From a virus, in IMG/VR virus record IMGVR_UViG_3300000176_000001: a stretch of DNA of 64,000 bases, one strand, 5' to 3'. The notes under the pieces are model-generated. The model was given only the letters and a program-made list of their open reading frames with translations. It ran no database searches and was not told the DNA's origin. The position numbers and the translations under genes are program-made. The first letter of the stretch is position 1; each line of letters opens with the position of its first letter. Positions 19,278-27,308 of the stretch are shown piece after piece.

Positions 19278-19353
19278 TGGTGCCCACGGTCAGACTCGAA
19301 CTGACACTTTGGAGATTTTAAGTCTCCTACCTCTGCCGTTGGGTTACGTGGGC
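19278..19353 (-). tRNA. tRNA-Leu(TAA), short variable arm
   Basis: Cloverleaf; GGAGA-CTTAAAA-TCTCC; encoded CCA. Confidence 0.9.
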
Positions 19354-19356
19354 TTG

Positions 19357-19575
19357 TTAGAGCCCGAGAATGTTAGACTTATATGTCAGTTTACCTCCTT
19401 GGTAACCAGTACGAAGATACTCCTCTAACATCTCAAATCGGAAGGCAGCGTCTTGGTCGCCTTCCTTCTCTAAGTCCTCTTTAGCGGACTTACAGAAATC
19501 TACTAGATCACGTAGTGCAATGCGGTCTCCGTCACGGAGAACCGCTGAGTGTGTCTTACCTGGTCTCTGGTTCAT
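19357..19575 (-). CDS. Hypothetical early protein
   Basis: Likely start MNQRPGKTH with GAGG RBS, behind an early promoter. Confidence 0.65.
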   Translation of the reverse strand: MNQRPGKTHSAVLRDGDRIALRDLVDFCKSAKEDLEKEGDQDAAFRFEMLEEYLRTGYQGGKLTYKSNILGL

Positions 19576-19603
19576 ATTTATATCCCTCGTTAACCATTTA
19601 GAT

Positions 19604-19632
19604 ATAATAAACCAGTTTTCAGATAATGTACA
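19604..19632 (-). promoter_or_regulatory. Early promoter TGTACA-N17-TATTAT
   Basis: Recurrent motif. Confidence 0.75.
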
Positions 19633-19642
19633 CAACTATTTT

Positions 19643-19717
19643 TGGCTGAGGGACTAGGATTCGAACCTAGGTTGACGGAGTCAAAGTCCGCTGTCCTACC
19701 TGTTAGACGACCCCTCA
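19643..19717 (-). tRNA. tRNA-Gln(TTG)
   Basis: Cloverleaf; GCGGA-CTTTGAC-TCCGT; CCA. Confidence 0.93.
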
Positions 19718-19722
19718 AGAAA

Positions 19723-19798
19723 TGGCTGGGGGTCAAGGACTCGAACCTCGGACATGCAGAGTCAGAGTCTGCCGTTCTACCAACTGAACTAACCCCCA
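19723..19798 (-). tRNA. tRNA-Gln(CTG)
   Basis: Cloverleaf; GCAGA-CTCTGAC-TCTGC; CCA. Confidence 0.93.
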
Positions 19799-19799
19799 A

Positions 19800-19874
19800 T
19801 GGTGGAATGCCAGGGAATCGAACCCTGTCTTTCTGCGTGCAAGGCAGATGTGCTCCCGTTATCACTAGCACCCC
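19800..19874 (-). tRNA. tRNA-Ala(TGC)
   Basis: Cloverleaf; G3:U70; CCA. Confidence 0.92.
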
Positions 19875-19880
19875 ATATTA

Positions 19881-19944
19881 ATAAGTGGCAGATTCTGAGT
19901 TTCTCTTACGTGTGTTTCTTCTCAGCAAAAACACAACCACTTAT
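19881..19944 (-). ncRNA. Small structured RNA with possible pseudoknot
   Basis: Closing stem AAGTGGT/GCCACTT, inner stem TGTGTTT/AAACACA, loop CTGAG complementary to downstream CTCAG. Confidence 0.45.
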
Positions 19945-19946
19945 AT

Positions 19947-20021
19947 TGGAGCGGACGATGGGATTCGAACCCACGACATTTTGCTTGGCAAGCAAAAACT
20001 CTACCCCTGAGTTACGTCCGC
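19947..20021 (-). tRNA. tRNA-Gly(GCC)
   Basis: Cloverleaf; U73; CCA. Confidence 0.93.
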
Positions 20022-20053
20022 GTATAGAGGGTGAAGGGATTCCCCTCTATTTA

Positions 20054-21490
20054 TTAGTAATTATAACGCTCAGACATGATTGTCTTGAGCATAATAGCTT
20101 CTGGTGTAAAGTTATCCAGATCTGCTGCCAGAACTGACTTAACAATTGCTGGAGAGAAACCAGATATCAAAGCAGCACCACGCACATCATACTTGACAGG
20201 AACATTGTCTTGAGCATTTAGGTTCCAAAACACAATGTTAGGAATTGTGTAGCCGGCCTCTGCATACTTACGCGCAATCATCTGCATTGCTGAGTCGTCG
20301 AAACGAGCGCATTGGTCAAATTGCATGTCAGACAGAATCAACAGAGCTGCTGGCATCTCTTCGTGAGGAACATTATTCTCAATAGCAACATCTAAGATCT
20401 TTTGAATAGCTGCATTAAGGTTAGTGTTCATTTCCCATTCAGATGATACCATCTGCTTCATCTTATCAAGGATATTACCAGTGAGATTAAGAAGCTTAGG
20501 TTTTTCAGAGAAAGTCAAGAAGGTATCCTTGAACTTACCCTTGTTCTTATCTGCAAGGTAAAGACCTAGAGACACAGATACATCCAAGCAAGTAACAGAA
20601 GACTTAGAGTTATAGCCACCTGCCTTAGATATCATAGAACCTGAAACGTCAACTAGTGGAAGAATATTAGCATCACCAACATAGTTAGGCAATGCTTCCC
20701 ACTGAGCCAAGATGTGGTTCATGTTAGACTGATCATAGTTATTACGATAACCAGAAGGCCAAACACCTTTAATAACATCGTAAGGATAAACTGCACCAGC
20801 ATTAACCTTAACCTCTGCACGATCTTCAGGCTTATCAGAGACAAGCTTTGCAGCCCATTCCTTATACTTCTCAGTGTGACGTGAGAATGCCTTCTTATAA
20901 CGTGAAGAAGCAACAGAAGGAACGTGGTTGAAGTTAATGTTATCCCAGTCCTTTGCACACATCTGAGTCTCAACAACTTGTGTCAATTCAACCAGACGCT
21001 TACGATAGAACTTAGGAGTCCAACCAAGGTGCTTACGAAGCTTTGCAGCTACTTCACCCTGACGAGGCATCCACTTTGCACAAAGACCATTGCCCTGCAT
21101 AAGAGCAGCATAGATGAATGAGAAAGCAAAGCCTTCTAACTCAGTATCAACTAGGACGAGCAAGTCATCCCAACGACCAAGTTCTGGTACCTTCATGATC
21201 ATTGCACGTGCACGATCCTGATCTGTCTTAGCAAGATCCAAAAGGATGTCACGGAAGATCTTACGCTCACCAGCACCACCACGGATGTCACGAGCCCACA
21301 ATGCAATACGACCAGCGATATCTGCATCTTGAACACGAGCTGCTGTGAAAGCAGGAATTACGTTTTGCCCACGCATAGCACCAATCTTGAAGAACAAGTC
21401 AGTAAGAGCGTTAGCAGTAGATGCACGAGCCTTCATGCCATTTGTAGTTCTATCAGATTGATTTTGAACAGCGCTTGCAAATGTAGTCAT
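20054..21490 (-). CDS. DUF2828-family protein (helical domain + vWA; TROVE/Ro60-like architecture)
   Basis: RDIRGGAGER, GRWDDL, AKWMPR, VDVSGSM (MIDAS), ILSDMQFD, IVFWNL, ISGFSP; likely start MTTFASAV with GGAG. Confidence 0.85.
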   Translation of the reverse strand: MTTFASAVQNQSDRTTNGMKARASTANALTDLFFKIGAMRGQNVIPAFTAARVQDADIAGRIALWARDIRGGAGERKIFRDILLDLAKTDQDRARAMIMKVPELGRWDDLLVLVDTELEGFAFSFIYAALMQGNGLCAKWMPRQGEVAAKLRKHLGWTPKFYRKRLVELTQVVETQMCAKDWDNINFNHVPSVASSRYKKAFSRHTEKYKEWAAKLVSDKPEDRAEVKVNAGAVYPYDVIKGVWPSGYRNNYDQSNMNHILAQWEALPNYVGDANILPLVDVSGSMISKAGGYNSKSSVTCLDVSVSLGLYLADKNKGKFKDTFLTFSEKPKLLNLTGNILDKMKQMVSSEWEMNTNLNAAIQKILDVAIENNVPHEEMPAALLILSDMQFDQCARFDDSAMQMIARKYAEAGYTIPNIVFWNLNAQDNVPVKYDVRGAALISGFSPAIVKSVLAADLDNFTPEAIMLKTIMSERYNY

Positions 21491-21510
21491 ATCACTTCTC
21501 CATTTTACTA

Positions 21511-21752
21511 CAGATTCAACTTTTGTTTGTTTCGATACAAATTTTGAGGGTTGCGGAACTGAATCTAAATCGACAGGATCTATTCTGCTTTTTCCATAAA
21601 AAAGTGCCTTACGGCAATTGTGCTGTAAAGATCCTAAAATCAACAGAGTGAATTTTGTTTGCCTCACCACGAGGCGGACTCGTCAGATGTGACGAATATT
21701 GGAGTCGAACCAATCATAGGCTTTTAGGCCATTTATTTGCTGAACTCACTCT
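21511..21752 (-). ncRNA. Three tandem Y-RNA-like units (21644-21752, 21574-21635, 21511-21566)
   Basis: Each has TTT + a covarying 7-bp terminal stem + a conserved C(A/C)GCA motif; the first contains a T-arm-like TTGG-TTCGACT-CCAA. Confidence 0.65.
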
Positions 21753-21758
21753 AAAACT

Positions 21759-21834
21759 TGGTAGTCGGTGACGGGCTTGAACCGCCGACATTCTCGGTGT
21801 AAGCGAGATGCTCTACCAACTGAGCTAACCGACC
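21759..21834 (-). tRNA. tRNA-Val(TAC)
   Basis: Cloverleaf; TCTCG-CTTACAC-CGAGA; CCA. Confidence 0.94.
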
Positions 21835-21876
21835 GTATAAATATGCTTTATTATATATCTTTATTGGAGCAACACT

Positions 21877-22623
21877 ATGATAAATGATTTAAGTTTCCTA
21901 GAGAAAGCCTATCAATTTGCAGTATTAGCTGGTGCTGCCTATAAGGATGATTGTAGTAAAGAATTTAATGACCTAGGTTTAGGTAACTATGTATTCTTTG
22001 ATAATGCAGGAGCACAGGGTCATGCAGCTTGCAATGACACAGACTTAATCCTGACATGCAGAGGCACACAACCAACCTCCGTTAATGACTTACTAGCAGA
22101 TCTAGACACTATTCCAAAAACACATGGCTTTGGCTTTGTACACTCTGGCTTTAGAAAAGAAGCCCGTAAGATCATGCCAATGATGTTTAACTATGTTAAG
22201 AGATATCCTGGTCGCAACATATGGATTACCGGTCATAGCCTAGGGGCTGCAATGGCAACCTATATAGCCCAAGAACTTGAGTTCGCAAATCTAACTCCTA
22301 AGATGTTATTCACATACGGAAGTCCTAGAGTTGGAAGCCAAAAGTATGTCGACTATTTTCCAGTAGAGCATCATCGCTTTGTTAACTGCAATGATGGTGT
22401 CACAAATGTTCCACCTGTATTTTTAGGATTTAGACATCATGGAAGTCTTCACTATATCAACTTCTATGGAAACATACGCGAGTTGACACAGTGGCAGAGA
22501 ATTAAGGATAAGTGGAGAGCCCACATAAGATCTTGGAAACAGGGTAAATGGGTTGACGCTATAGAAGATCACAGCATCAGTCTATACGCTGAGAAGATCA
22601 AGAACATAGACCCATCAAAGTAA
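21877..22623 (+). CDS. Lipase class 3 (alpha/beta hydrolase)
   Basis: RGT, VHSGF, GHSLG nucleophile elbow, YGSPRVG, D-x-V-x-x-VPP; late promoter at 21836-21843. Confidence 0.9.
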   Translation: MINDLSFLEKAYQFAVLAGAAYKDDCSKEFNDLGLGNYVFFDNAGAQGHAACNDTDLILTCRGTQPTSVNDLLADLDTIPKTHGFGFVHSGFRKEARKIMPMMFNYVKRYPGRNIWITGHSLGAAMATYIAQELEFANLTPKMLFTYGSPRVGSQKYVDYFPVEHHRFVNCNDGVTNVPPVFLGFRHHGSLHYINFYGNIRELTQWQRIKDKWRAHIRSWKQGKWVDAIEDHSISLYAEKIKNIDPSK

Positions 22624-22660
22624 TTGGTGTCCCGTTTTAAGCGACGGGACCAGCGCTAAC

Positions 22661-22750
22661 TGGCGGAGTGATGGCGGAATCGAACCCCTGGCCTTTCGGC
22701 TCCTACCGCTTTCAAGGCGGTGCTAGCATCCCCGGCTAGACATGCACTCC
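22661..22750 (-). tRNA. tRNA-Ser(TGA) with non-canonical Sec/allo-tRNA-like fold
   Basis: ACCGC-CTTGAAA-GCGGT; long variable arm; G73; extended acceptor and D stems. Confidence 0.8.
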
Positions 22751-23185
22751 TTATAATCTTTTCATTATCTCCTTATAATATCTAGTGTTCTTAGATATTC
22801 CTGCTACGCCACTCGCGTAGTAATTAACGGCTTGTCTTATATCGCCGTTAGAGATATCTAAGCCCTCTTTGAGATAACTCATGGAGTATTCCAGATTAGT
22901 CTCAGGATCGTTAAGCTTATCACACTTTCCGACCATGCCTAGCATCTTGGCTGTTGAGCATCTAATCTGTCCGAGACCATATTCCCCCCGAACTCCTGTG
23001 ACGTGTGTACTGTAGTTTGACTCCAGGCTAATAACGGCCTGCGCTAACGCTACAGGTACGTTATGTTCTGTTGCTTTCTTACTGACTAATTCAATTATGC
23101 CCGATTTGTCTTGAGCATATCCAGTCGAATTCAATGAAAACAACGTAAGTAGTCCTATAGCTAGGACTAAATGCGGTTTCTTCAT
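22751..23185 (-). CDS. Lytic transglycosylase (SLT domain)
   Basis: Signal peptide; AVISLES, GLGQI, DPETNLEYSMSYL, YASG. Confidence 0.88.
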   Translation of the reverse strand: MKKPHLVLAIGLLTLFSLNSTGYAQDKSGIIELVSKKATEHNVPVALAQAVISLESNYSTHVTGVRGEYGLGQIRCSTAKMLGMVGKCDKLNDPETNLEYSMSYLKEGLDISNGDIRQAVNYYASGVAGISKNTRYYKEIMKRL

Positions 23186-23200
23186 GTTTTGTCCTTCTGT

Positions 23201-23274
23201 TGGTTGCGCAGCTAGGAGTTGCACCTAGAACTGGGGATTATGACTCCACTGTGATACTGTTTCACTACCGCGCT
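23201..23274 (-). tRNA. tRNA-Met(CAT), initiator-like
   Basis: 1:72 mismatch, CAT anticodon, T-loop TGCAACT, CCA; imperfect G-C run in the anticodon stem. Confidence 0.75.
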
Positions 23275-23308
23275 CCGGTTTTAACCTGTCCTGAATTGAA
23301 CAGGTCTA

Positions 23309-23731
23309 TTATATATCCGTCTTAGAAAGTCCAGCCCTCTGCCTCAGCTCAGTGGTAGAGAACCTATGTTTACGGGAATTGTATTCTATATCAATACCAG
23401 CATCAATACAGTACTGTTTTCCTGTAAAATCTTTGCCAATATAGTCTTCCCCGATAAATCTAATATTAATATCAGCTGTCTGTAATATATCCATAAGATC
23501 CTGCTCGGTCTCATACACTATAATCTCATCGATATATTTGACTGCTTGTAGTTGCAATTGTCTCTCTACAATAGATTGTACGGGTTTATTCTTAGTATCG
23601 GGCCTATCTATTGTAGGGTCTGTCTGTAATCCTACAATAAGATAGTCGCAATTATTTTTTGCCTCCATGAGCATAAGGACATGACCGGCATGAAGAAGAT
23701 CAAAGGTACTACAAGTAAATCCAGTTTTCAT
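23309..23731 (-). CDS. Glycerol-3-phosphate cytidylyltransferase-like (TagD family)
   Basis: TFDLLHAGH, VGLQTD, RFSTTELR. Confidence 0.9.
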   Translation of the reverse strand: MKTGFTCSTFDLLHAGHVLMLMEAKNNCDYLIVGLQTDPTIDRPDTKNKPVQSIVERQLQLQAVKYIDEIIVYETEQDLMDILQTADINIRFIGEDYIGKDFTGKQYCIDAGIDIEYNSRKHRFSTTELRQRAGLSKTDI

Positions 23732-23761
23732 TATACACCCCATTTTATAAATAAGTACACA

Positions 23762-23797
23762 TGAATTTTAGTTATTTACTGTGAATTTTAGTTATTT
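23762..23797. repeat. 16-nt direct repeat TGAATTTTAGTTATTT (20-nt period)
   Basis: Copies at 23762-23777 and 23782-23797, in the divergent intergenic region just after the late promoter at 23746-23753. Confidence 0.8.
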
Positions 23798-23826
23798 TTT
23801 TACATAAAATTACCAGGAGATAACTA

Positions 23827-24324
23827 ATGCTCGATCCAAAGTCCGCAGCAAAGCTGGGCAGTTCTCTAGGAAAGGGTCTTAGCGACCAAGTATTCGGCAT
23901 CGTAGACGATGTCAGAAACGCTAAAAATATTAAGGCTGCTAATAATCAAAGAATTATTAATCAGAATAAGATCACTGACATCAACAATCAAGTAACGCGC
24001 AATAATAACAGACTGCGCGAGCAAGCTATGCGAGAGATCGCTGCAGAGCAAGAAGCTACGATGATAGCCAAGATGTCTCCGGCTCAGCGCCAGCAGTACT
24101 ATAAAGATAAAGCAGATGCTGCAAAAGAAGCACATAGAGCTAAGGTAGCTGCAGAGAGAGCACATGAGGAAATGATGGAGCTCGTGTGGGTAGGTGTTAT
24201 ATTATTTATCGTTGTTCCATTCATGGTATGGATTGGACTACTTATATGGGGTATGTCTGATGTATTGGCTTGCTATAATATGAAGGGTATTATTCCTCTC
24301 ATGAAAGCACTATGTGGTCACTAA
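23827..24324 (+). CDS. Membrane-anchored coiled-coil protein
   Basis: AGGAG RBS; C-terminal TM segment. Confidence 0.7.
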   Translation: MLDPKSAAKLGSSLGKGLSDQVFGIVDDVRNAKNIKAANNQRIINQNKITDINNQVTRNNNRLREQAMREIAAEQEATMIAKMSPAQRQQYYKDKADAAKEAHRAKVAAERAHEEMMELVWVGVILFIVVPFMVWIGLLIWGMSDVLACYNMKGIIPLMKALCGH

Positions 24325-24590
24325 TGGTTGAGCCTGTTTCTAAAGAAGATATCGACACTCATCCATGGTTAGCCTCATGGAATAAGATCGATAATGATGC
24401 ACGCATGGACATTATACGATCTAAGTTGATGGAGTTAGAAGATAATTTAGGAATCGCCTCTATAATCTTGTTAACACTAATTAGCATATTAGTAATAGGT
24501 GTTGGATATGTCCTTGTGAATGAATTATCAAGTGGATCAGTATCCATAAGCCAAGTTGGTGGATTAGTCAAACAATTTACGGGGAAGTAA
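24312..24590 (+). CDS. Small membrane protein
   Basis: One TM helix; in operon. Confidence 0.6.
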   Translation: MWSLMVEPVSKEDIDTHPWLASWNKIDNDARMDIIRSKLMELEDNLGIASIILLTLISILVIGVGYVLVNELSSGSVSISQVGGLVKQFTGK

Positions 24591-24591
24591 T

Positions 24592-25179
24592 ATGTCTACA
24601 GTATCAGATAAAACAGCTCAGATGAGCGAGACGCTAGCAGCGAGTGCTAGCAAGAGTGCATTGGTAGAGAAGATCGTATTTGCAGCAGTTCCGATCTTAT
24701 TCTCTTGTGTAGTATACTTATTCACCGCTCTTAGTTCTTCTAATCATGCTATCACGGTTCTTGAGAGTAAAATTGCAGTTGTAGTCAATAACGACAACAA
24801 GGCAATCCCTCCACAAGGTACCACGATCGACATGGCTCAAATTCGTGAGAATCTTAACACGAAGATCGATAAACAAACAGGTGAGCTCGGTGATAAGATC
24901 GACAAGGTAGAAAAAGACGCTGCTCTCGCTCGTGCTAATATGACTCTTGAACGCGAGAAGCAACTTGCGGCTTTAGAGAAGCAGCGTATGGACATGACGG
25001 CTGAGGCAGCAACCGCTCGTGCAAATATAAGAGCAGACGCGTCCATGGCAACTCAGCAACTTAAAGAAGCTCTAAATGATAGAGTAGACGGTGTCGAGAA
25101 GAACTCTGCTCTTGCTAGAGCAGAACTTGATAAGAGAATAGCTTTAATAGAGCAACTCATTAAAATGGGAAAGAAGTAA
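24592..25179 (+). CDS. Membrane-anchored coiled-coil protein with internal repeats
   Basis: N-terminal TM; repeated VEKxxALARA motif. Confidence 0.7.
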   Translation: MSTVSDKTAQMSETLAASASKSALVEKIVFAAVPILFSCVVYLFTALSSSNHAITVLESKIAVVVNNDNKAIPPQGTTIDMAQIRENLNTKIDKQTGELGDKIDKVEKDAALARANMTLEREKQLAALEKQRMDMTAEAATARANIRADASMATQQLKEALNDRVDGVEKNSALARAELDKRIALIEQLIKMGKK

Positions 25180-25180
25180 T

Positions 25181-25714
25181 ATGGTTATGAAAGACAAGAC
25201 AGGTAAGATACTGTCTCGCTCGGAGGGTGAGGCGATCATGAAGAGCCGTGGTGCTATCACTATATCTATATATGCAGCGCTACTTGCTATATGCACACTT
25301 ATCGGTGGTAGCTTGAGCGGTAAGATATTATCAAATAATATCGCAGCTTCTGACACGTGGGCATTCTATCAAGCTAAGTCAATTAAGCAAGACCTTTATG
25401 AGGTAGCTAATAATATGATTACTGATATGAGTCTGCATGAGTCTTATATTAGAAATATAAACAAGCTCGCCGATGATCGTATGGAGATATACGATAAAGC
25501 TAAGAAGCTTGAAGCTGAGCGTGATGAGGCAAAGAAGAGAAGTCCATATATGAACTTTGCGTCTGCATTCTTGCAGATAGCTATTGTGCTAAGCTCGACA
25601 TCTATTCTTGCAGTAAGCATGGAGCTTCTTTTTGCTTCTATATTAATAGGTGTATTAGGAGGATTATTCCTAGCAAATGGTATATGGTATTTCTTCACTA
25701 TACCTTGGCTATAA
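25181..25714 (+). CDS. DUF4337-like membrane protein
   Basis: ASDTWAFYQAKSIKQ and LQIAIVLSS motifs. Confidence 0.7.
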   Translation: MVMKDKTGKILSRSEGEAIMKSRGAITISIYAALLAICTLIGGSLSGKILSNNIAASDTWAFYQAKSIKQDLYEVANNMITDMSLHESYIRNINKLADDRMEIYDKAKKLEAERDEAKKRSPYMNFASAFLQIAIVLSSTSILAVSMELLFASILIGVLGGLFLANGIWYFFTIPWL

Positions 25715-25789
25715 TGGTGCAGGTAATTGGAATCGAACCAATCTTATGCGCCTTATGAGAGCGGTTCGACACCTTGCCGACCTACCTGC
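25715..25789 (-). tRNA. tRNA with CAT anticodon (elongator Met or Ile2)
   Basis: Cloverleaf; CTCATAA loop; fully paired acceptor; CCA. Confidence 0.82.
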
Positions 25790-26095
25790 TTAACTAGGAT
25801 CTTCTTTTTTCTTTGGCGGTGTAGTCTCAAATCTTTTAGTTGCAGGAATCATTCCTTTACCAGAAGATATACCACACATTGTACCCTGCTCAGTAAGCTG
25901 TACTACTGTCCAGCTACCGTTATCGGGATTTACGTACATAATAAATTGTCTATCATGTTCATCTTTCATCTCAATGAATGGTTTTTCACTATAATTGTTT
26001 GAAATAAAATCATGTACTGTTTGTGCTGTTCCACATGGTTGTTGTTGTGCTAGTGCCGATGTTGATATCAATAGTAGGGGTATTAGGTATCTCAT
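25790..26095 (-). CDS. Secreted hypothetical protein
   Basis: Signal peptide; Cys pair; late promoter at 26118-26125. Confidence 0.7.
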   Translation of the reverse strand: MRYLIPLLLISTSALAQQQPCGTAQTVHDFISNNYSEKPFIEMKDEHDRQFIMYVNPDNGSWTVVQLTEQGTMCGISSGKGMIPATKRFETTPPKKKEDPS

Positions 26096-26125
26096 GCTTA
26101 CCTCCCTGTTAAACTATTATTTATA

Positions 26126-26200
26126 TGGTGCTGCCTGACAGGATTGAACTGTCGACCTCATCATTACCAATGATGTGCACTACCACTGTGCTAAGGCAGC
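26126..26200 (-). tRNA. tRNA-Thr(GGT)
   Basis: Cloverleaf; CATCA-TTGGTAA-TGATG; CCA. Confidence 0.94.
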
Positions 26201-26201
26201 A

Positions 26202-26278
26202 TGGCGATCACGGAGAGACTCGAACTCCCAACCTTATCCTTAGGACGGATCAGCTCTGTCCAGTTGAGCTACGTGACC
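26202..26278 (-). tRNA. tRNA-Arg(CCT)
   Basis: Cloverleaf; ATCC-GTCCTAA-GGAT; CCA. Confidence 0.88.
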
Positions 26279-26423
26279 TCTTGACCCAATACTTATTGTA
26301 AAAGTATATCTTAGCCATATCGGCTCCGTAGTTCCAGAACCTCTCTTTCTCTACACGAGCCAGGGAATCAAACCATTCCCAGAATGCAATAGAGAAGTCT
26401 TCTTTCTCCATCTCCTCATCCAT
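26250..26423 (-). CDS. 57-aa aromatic-rich hypothetical protein running into tRNA-Arg
   Basis: AGGAG RBS; MDEEMEKEDFSIAFWEWFDSL...; stop lies inside the tRNA; not in the ORF track. Confidence 0.65.
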   Translation of the reverse strand: MDEEMEKEDFSIAFWEWFDSLARVEKERFWNYGADMAKIYFYNKYWVKRSRSSTGQS

Positions 26424-26439
26424 ATGGTTCTCCTAAATT

Positions 26440-26516
26440 TGGTGCGCATGGAGGGACTTGAACCCCCAGAACCTAGTTTCTAAGACTAGTACGTATACCA
26501 ATTCCGTCACACGCGC
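26440..26516 (-). tRNA. tRNA-Leu(TAG), short variable arm
   Basis: Cloverleaf; CTAGT-CTTAGAA-ACTAG; CCA. Confidence 0.9.
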
Positions 26517-26525
26517 TAATTAAGT

Positions 26526-26650
26526 TCGGTAGGAACGAGTATGCATCCTCTTTTCAGTGCACGGGTTTCCAAGGTTATGAGGCACTGCCTCCCCGACCTC
26601 GCCATGAGAGCGACCCATGACCGACCATATGTTCTACACTGCCTACCGAA
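26526..26650 (-). ncRNA. Structured ncRNA candidate (~125 nt)
   Basis: 9-bp closing stem TTCGGTAGG/CCTACCGAA; GC-rich inner hairpins; lies between tRNAs. Confidence 0.55.
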
Positions 26651-26653
26651 TTC

Positions 26654-26728
26654 TGGAGCGGGCGATGGGATTCGAACCCACGACATTCTGCTTGGAAGGC
26701 AGAAGCTCTACCACTGAGCTACACCCGC
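26654..26728 (-). tRNA. tRNA-Gly(TCC)
   Basis: Cloverleaf; U73; CCA. Confidence 0.94.
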
Positions 26729-26743
26729 ATATCTCTATATATC

Positions 26744-27214
26744 TTAAGCTGCTAGTATCTCTTTAAGCCTATCTGCTGCGTAGCTGGCTGCCCAAGCATT
26801 TGGTTTTACCATAGGAATTACATTACACATACCTCTAATATACCCTGTTGCCTCATTAATTACACATGATGAACCATGATGTTCATCAGGATTAATGTCA
26901 AGGTGTACTTCCACAAGACGATCTTCTAAAACTTCAGCCAACTTCATATAAAGTTCGGCAATCTTAAAAGTTTCATTCATAAGTCTAAGGCGTGGCTTGT
27001 CTTTCTGCTGGTCAAAGTCACGCTCGCGCTGTACCTCACCAAATATCTTACAGCCACGATTACCATTATAGTGCACGACTACAGCAAGGGTATAGTCGGC
27101 GTACCATAATCCCTTCATATTAAATCTCTCGGAGTCACCACCAATATAGATCTTGGTCTCTGGAGACTGAGCTGCGATGAACTCTTTTACCTCTTCTATA
27201 TTAATTTTCTTCAT
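26744..27214 (-). CDS. RNase H-like protein (YkuK/DUF458 family)
   Basis: IYIGGDS, RLMNE, EVHLDIN, KPNAWAASYAAD; likely start MKKINIEE. Confidence 0.85.
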   Translation of the reverse strand: MKKINIEEVKEFIAAQSPETKIYIGGDSERFNMKGLWYADYTLAVVVHYNGNRGCKIFGEVQRERDFDQQKDKPRLRLMNETFKIAELYMKLAEVLEDRLVEVHLDINPDEHHGSSCVINEATGYIRGMCNVIPMVKPNAWAASYAADRLKEILAA

Positions 27215-27231
27215 GGTATACTCCTTTATTA

Positions 27232-27308
27232 TGGAGGACCCGAGAGGACTCAAACCCCTAACCTCCGCGTTCGTAGCGCGGCGCTCTATTCAGTTGAGCT
27301 ACGGATCC
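27232..27308 (-). tRNA. tRNA-Arg(ACG)
   Basis: Cloverleaf; CCGCG-CTACGAA-CGCGG; CCA. Confidence 0.92.

Noticed and set aside
19590-20137. ORFs 19590-19871, 19642-19881, 19799-20137 and similar ORFs at 31435-32079 and 32610-33386
   Set aside because: They are chance frames running across tRNA/ncRNA genes.
21511-21752. CRISPR mini-array, or an N-terminal extension of the DUF2828 ORF to 21670
   Set aside because: The units share structure rather than identical repeats and vary in length; a GGAG RBS supports the start at 21490.
22661-22750. Selenocysteine tRNA or opal suppressor
   Set aside because: The anticodon reads TGA on the coding strand (decodes UCA, Ser); Sec would need TCA.
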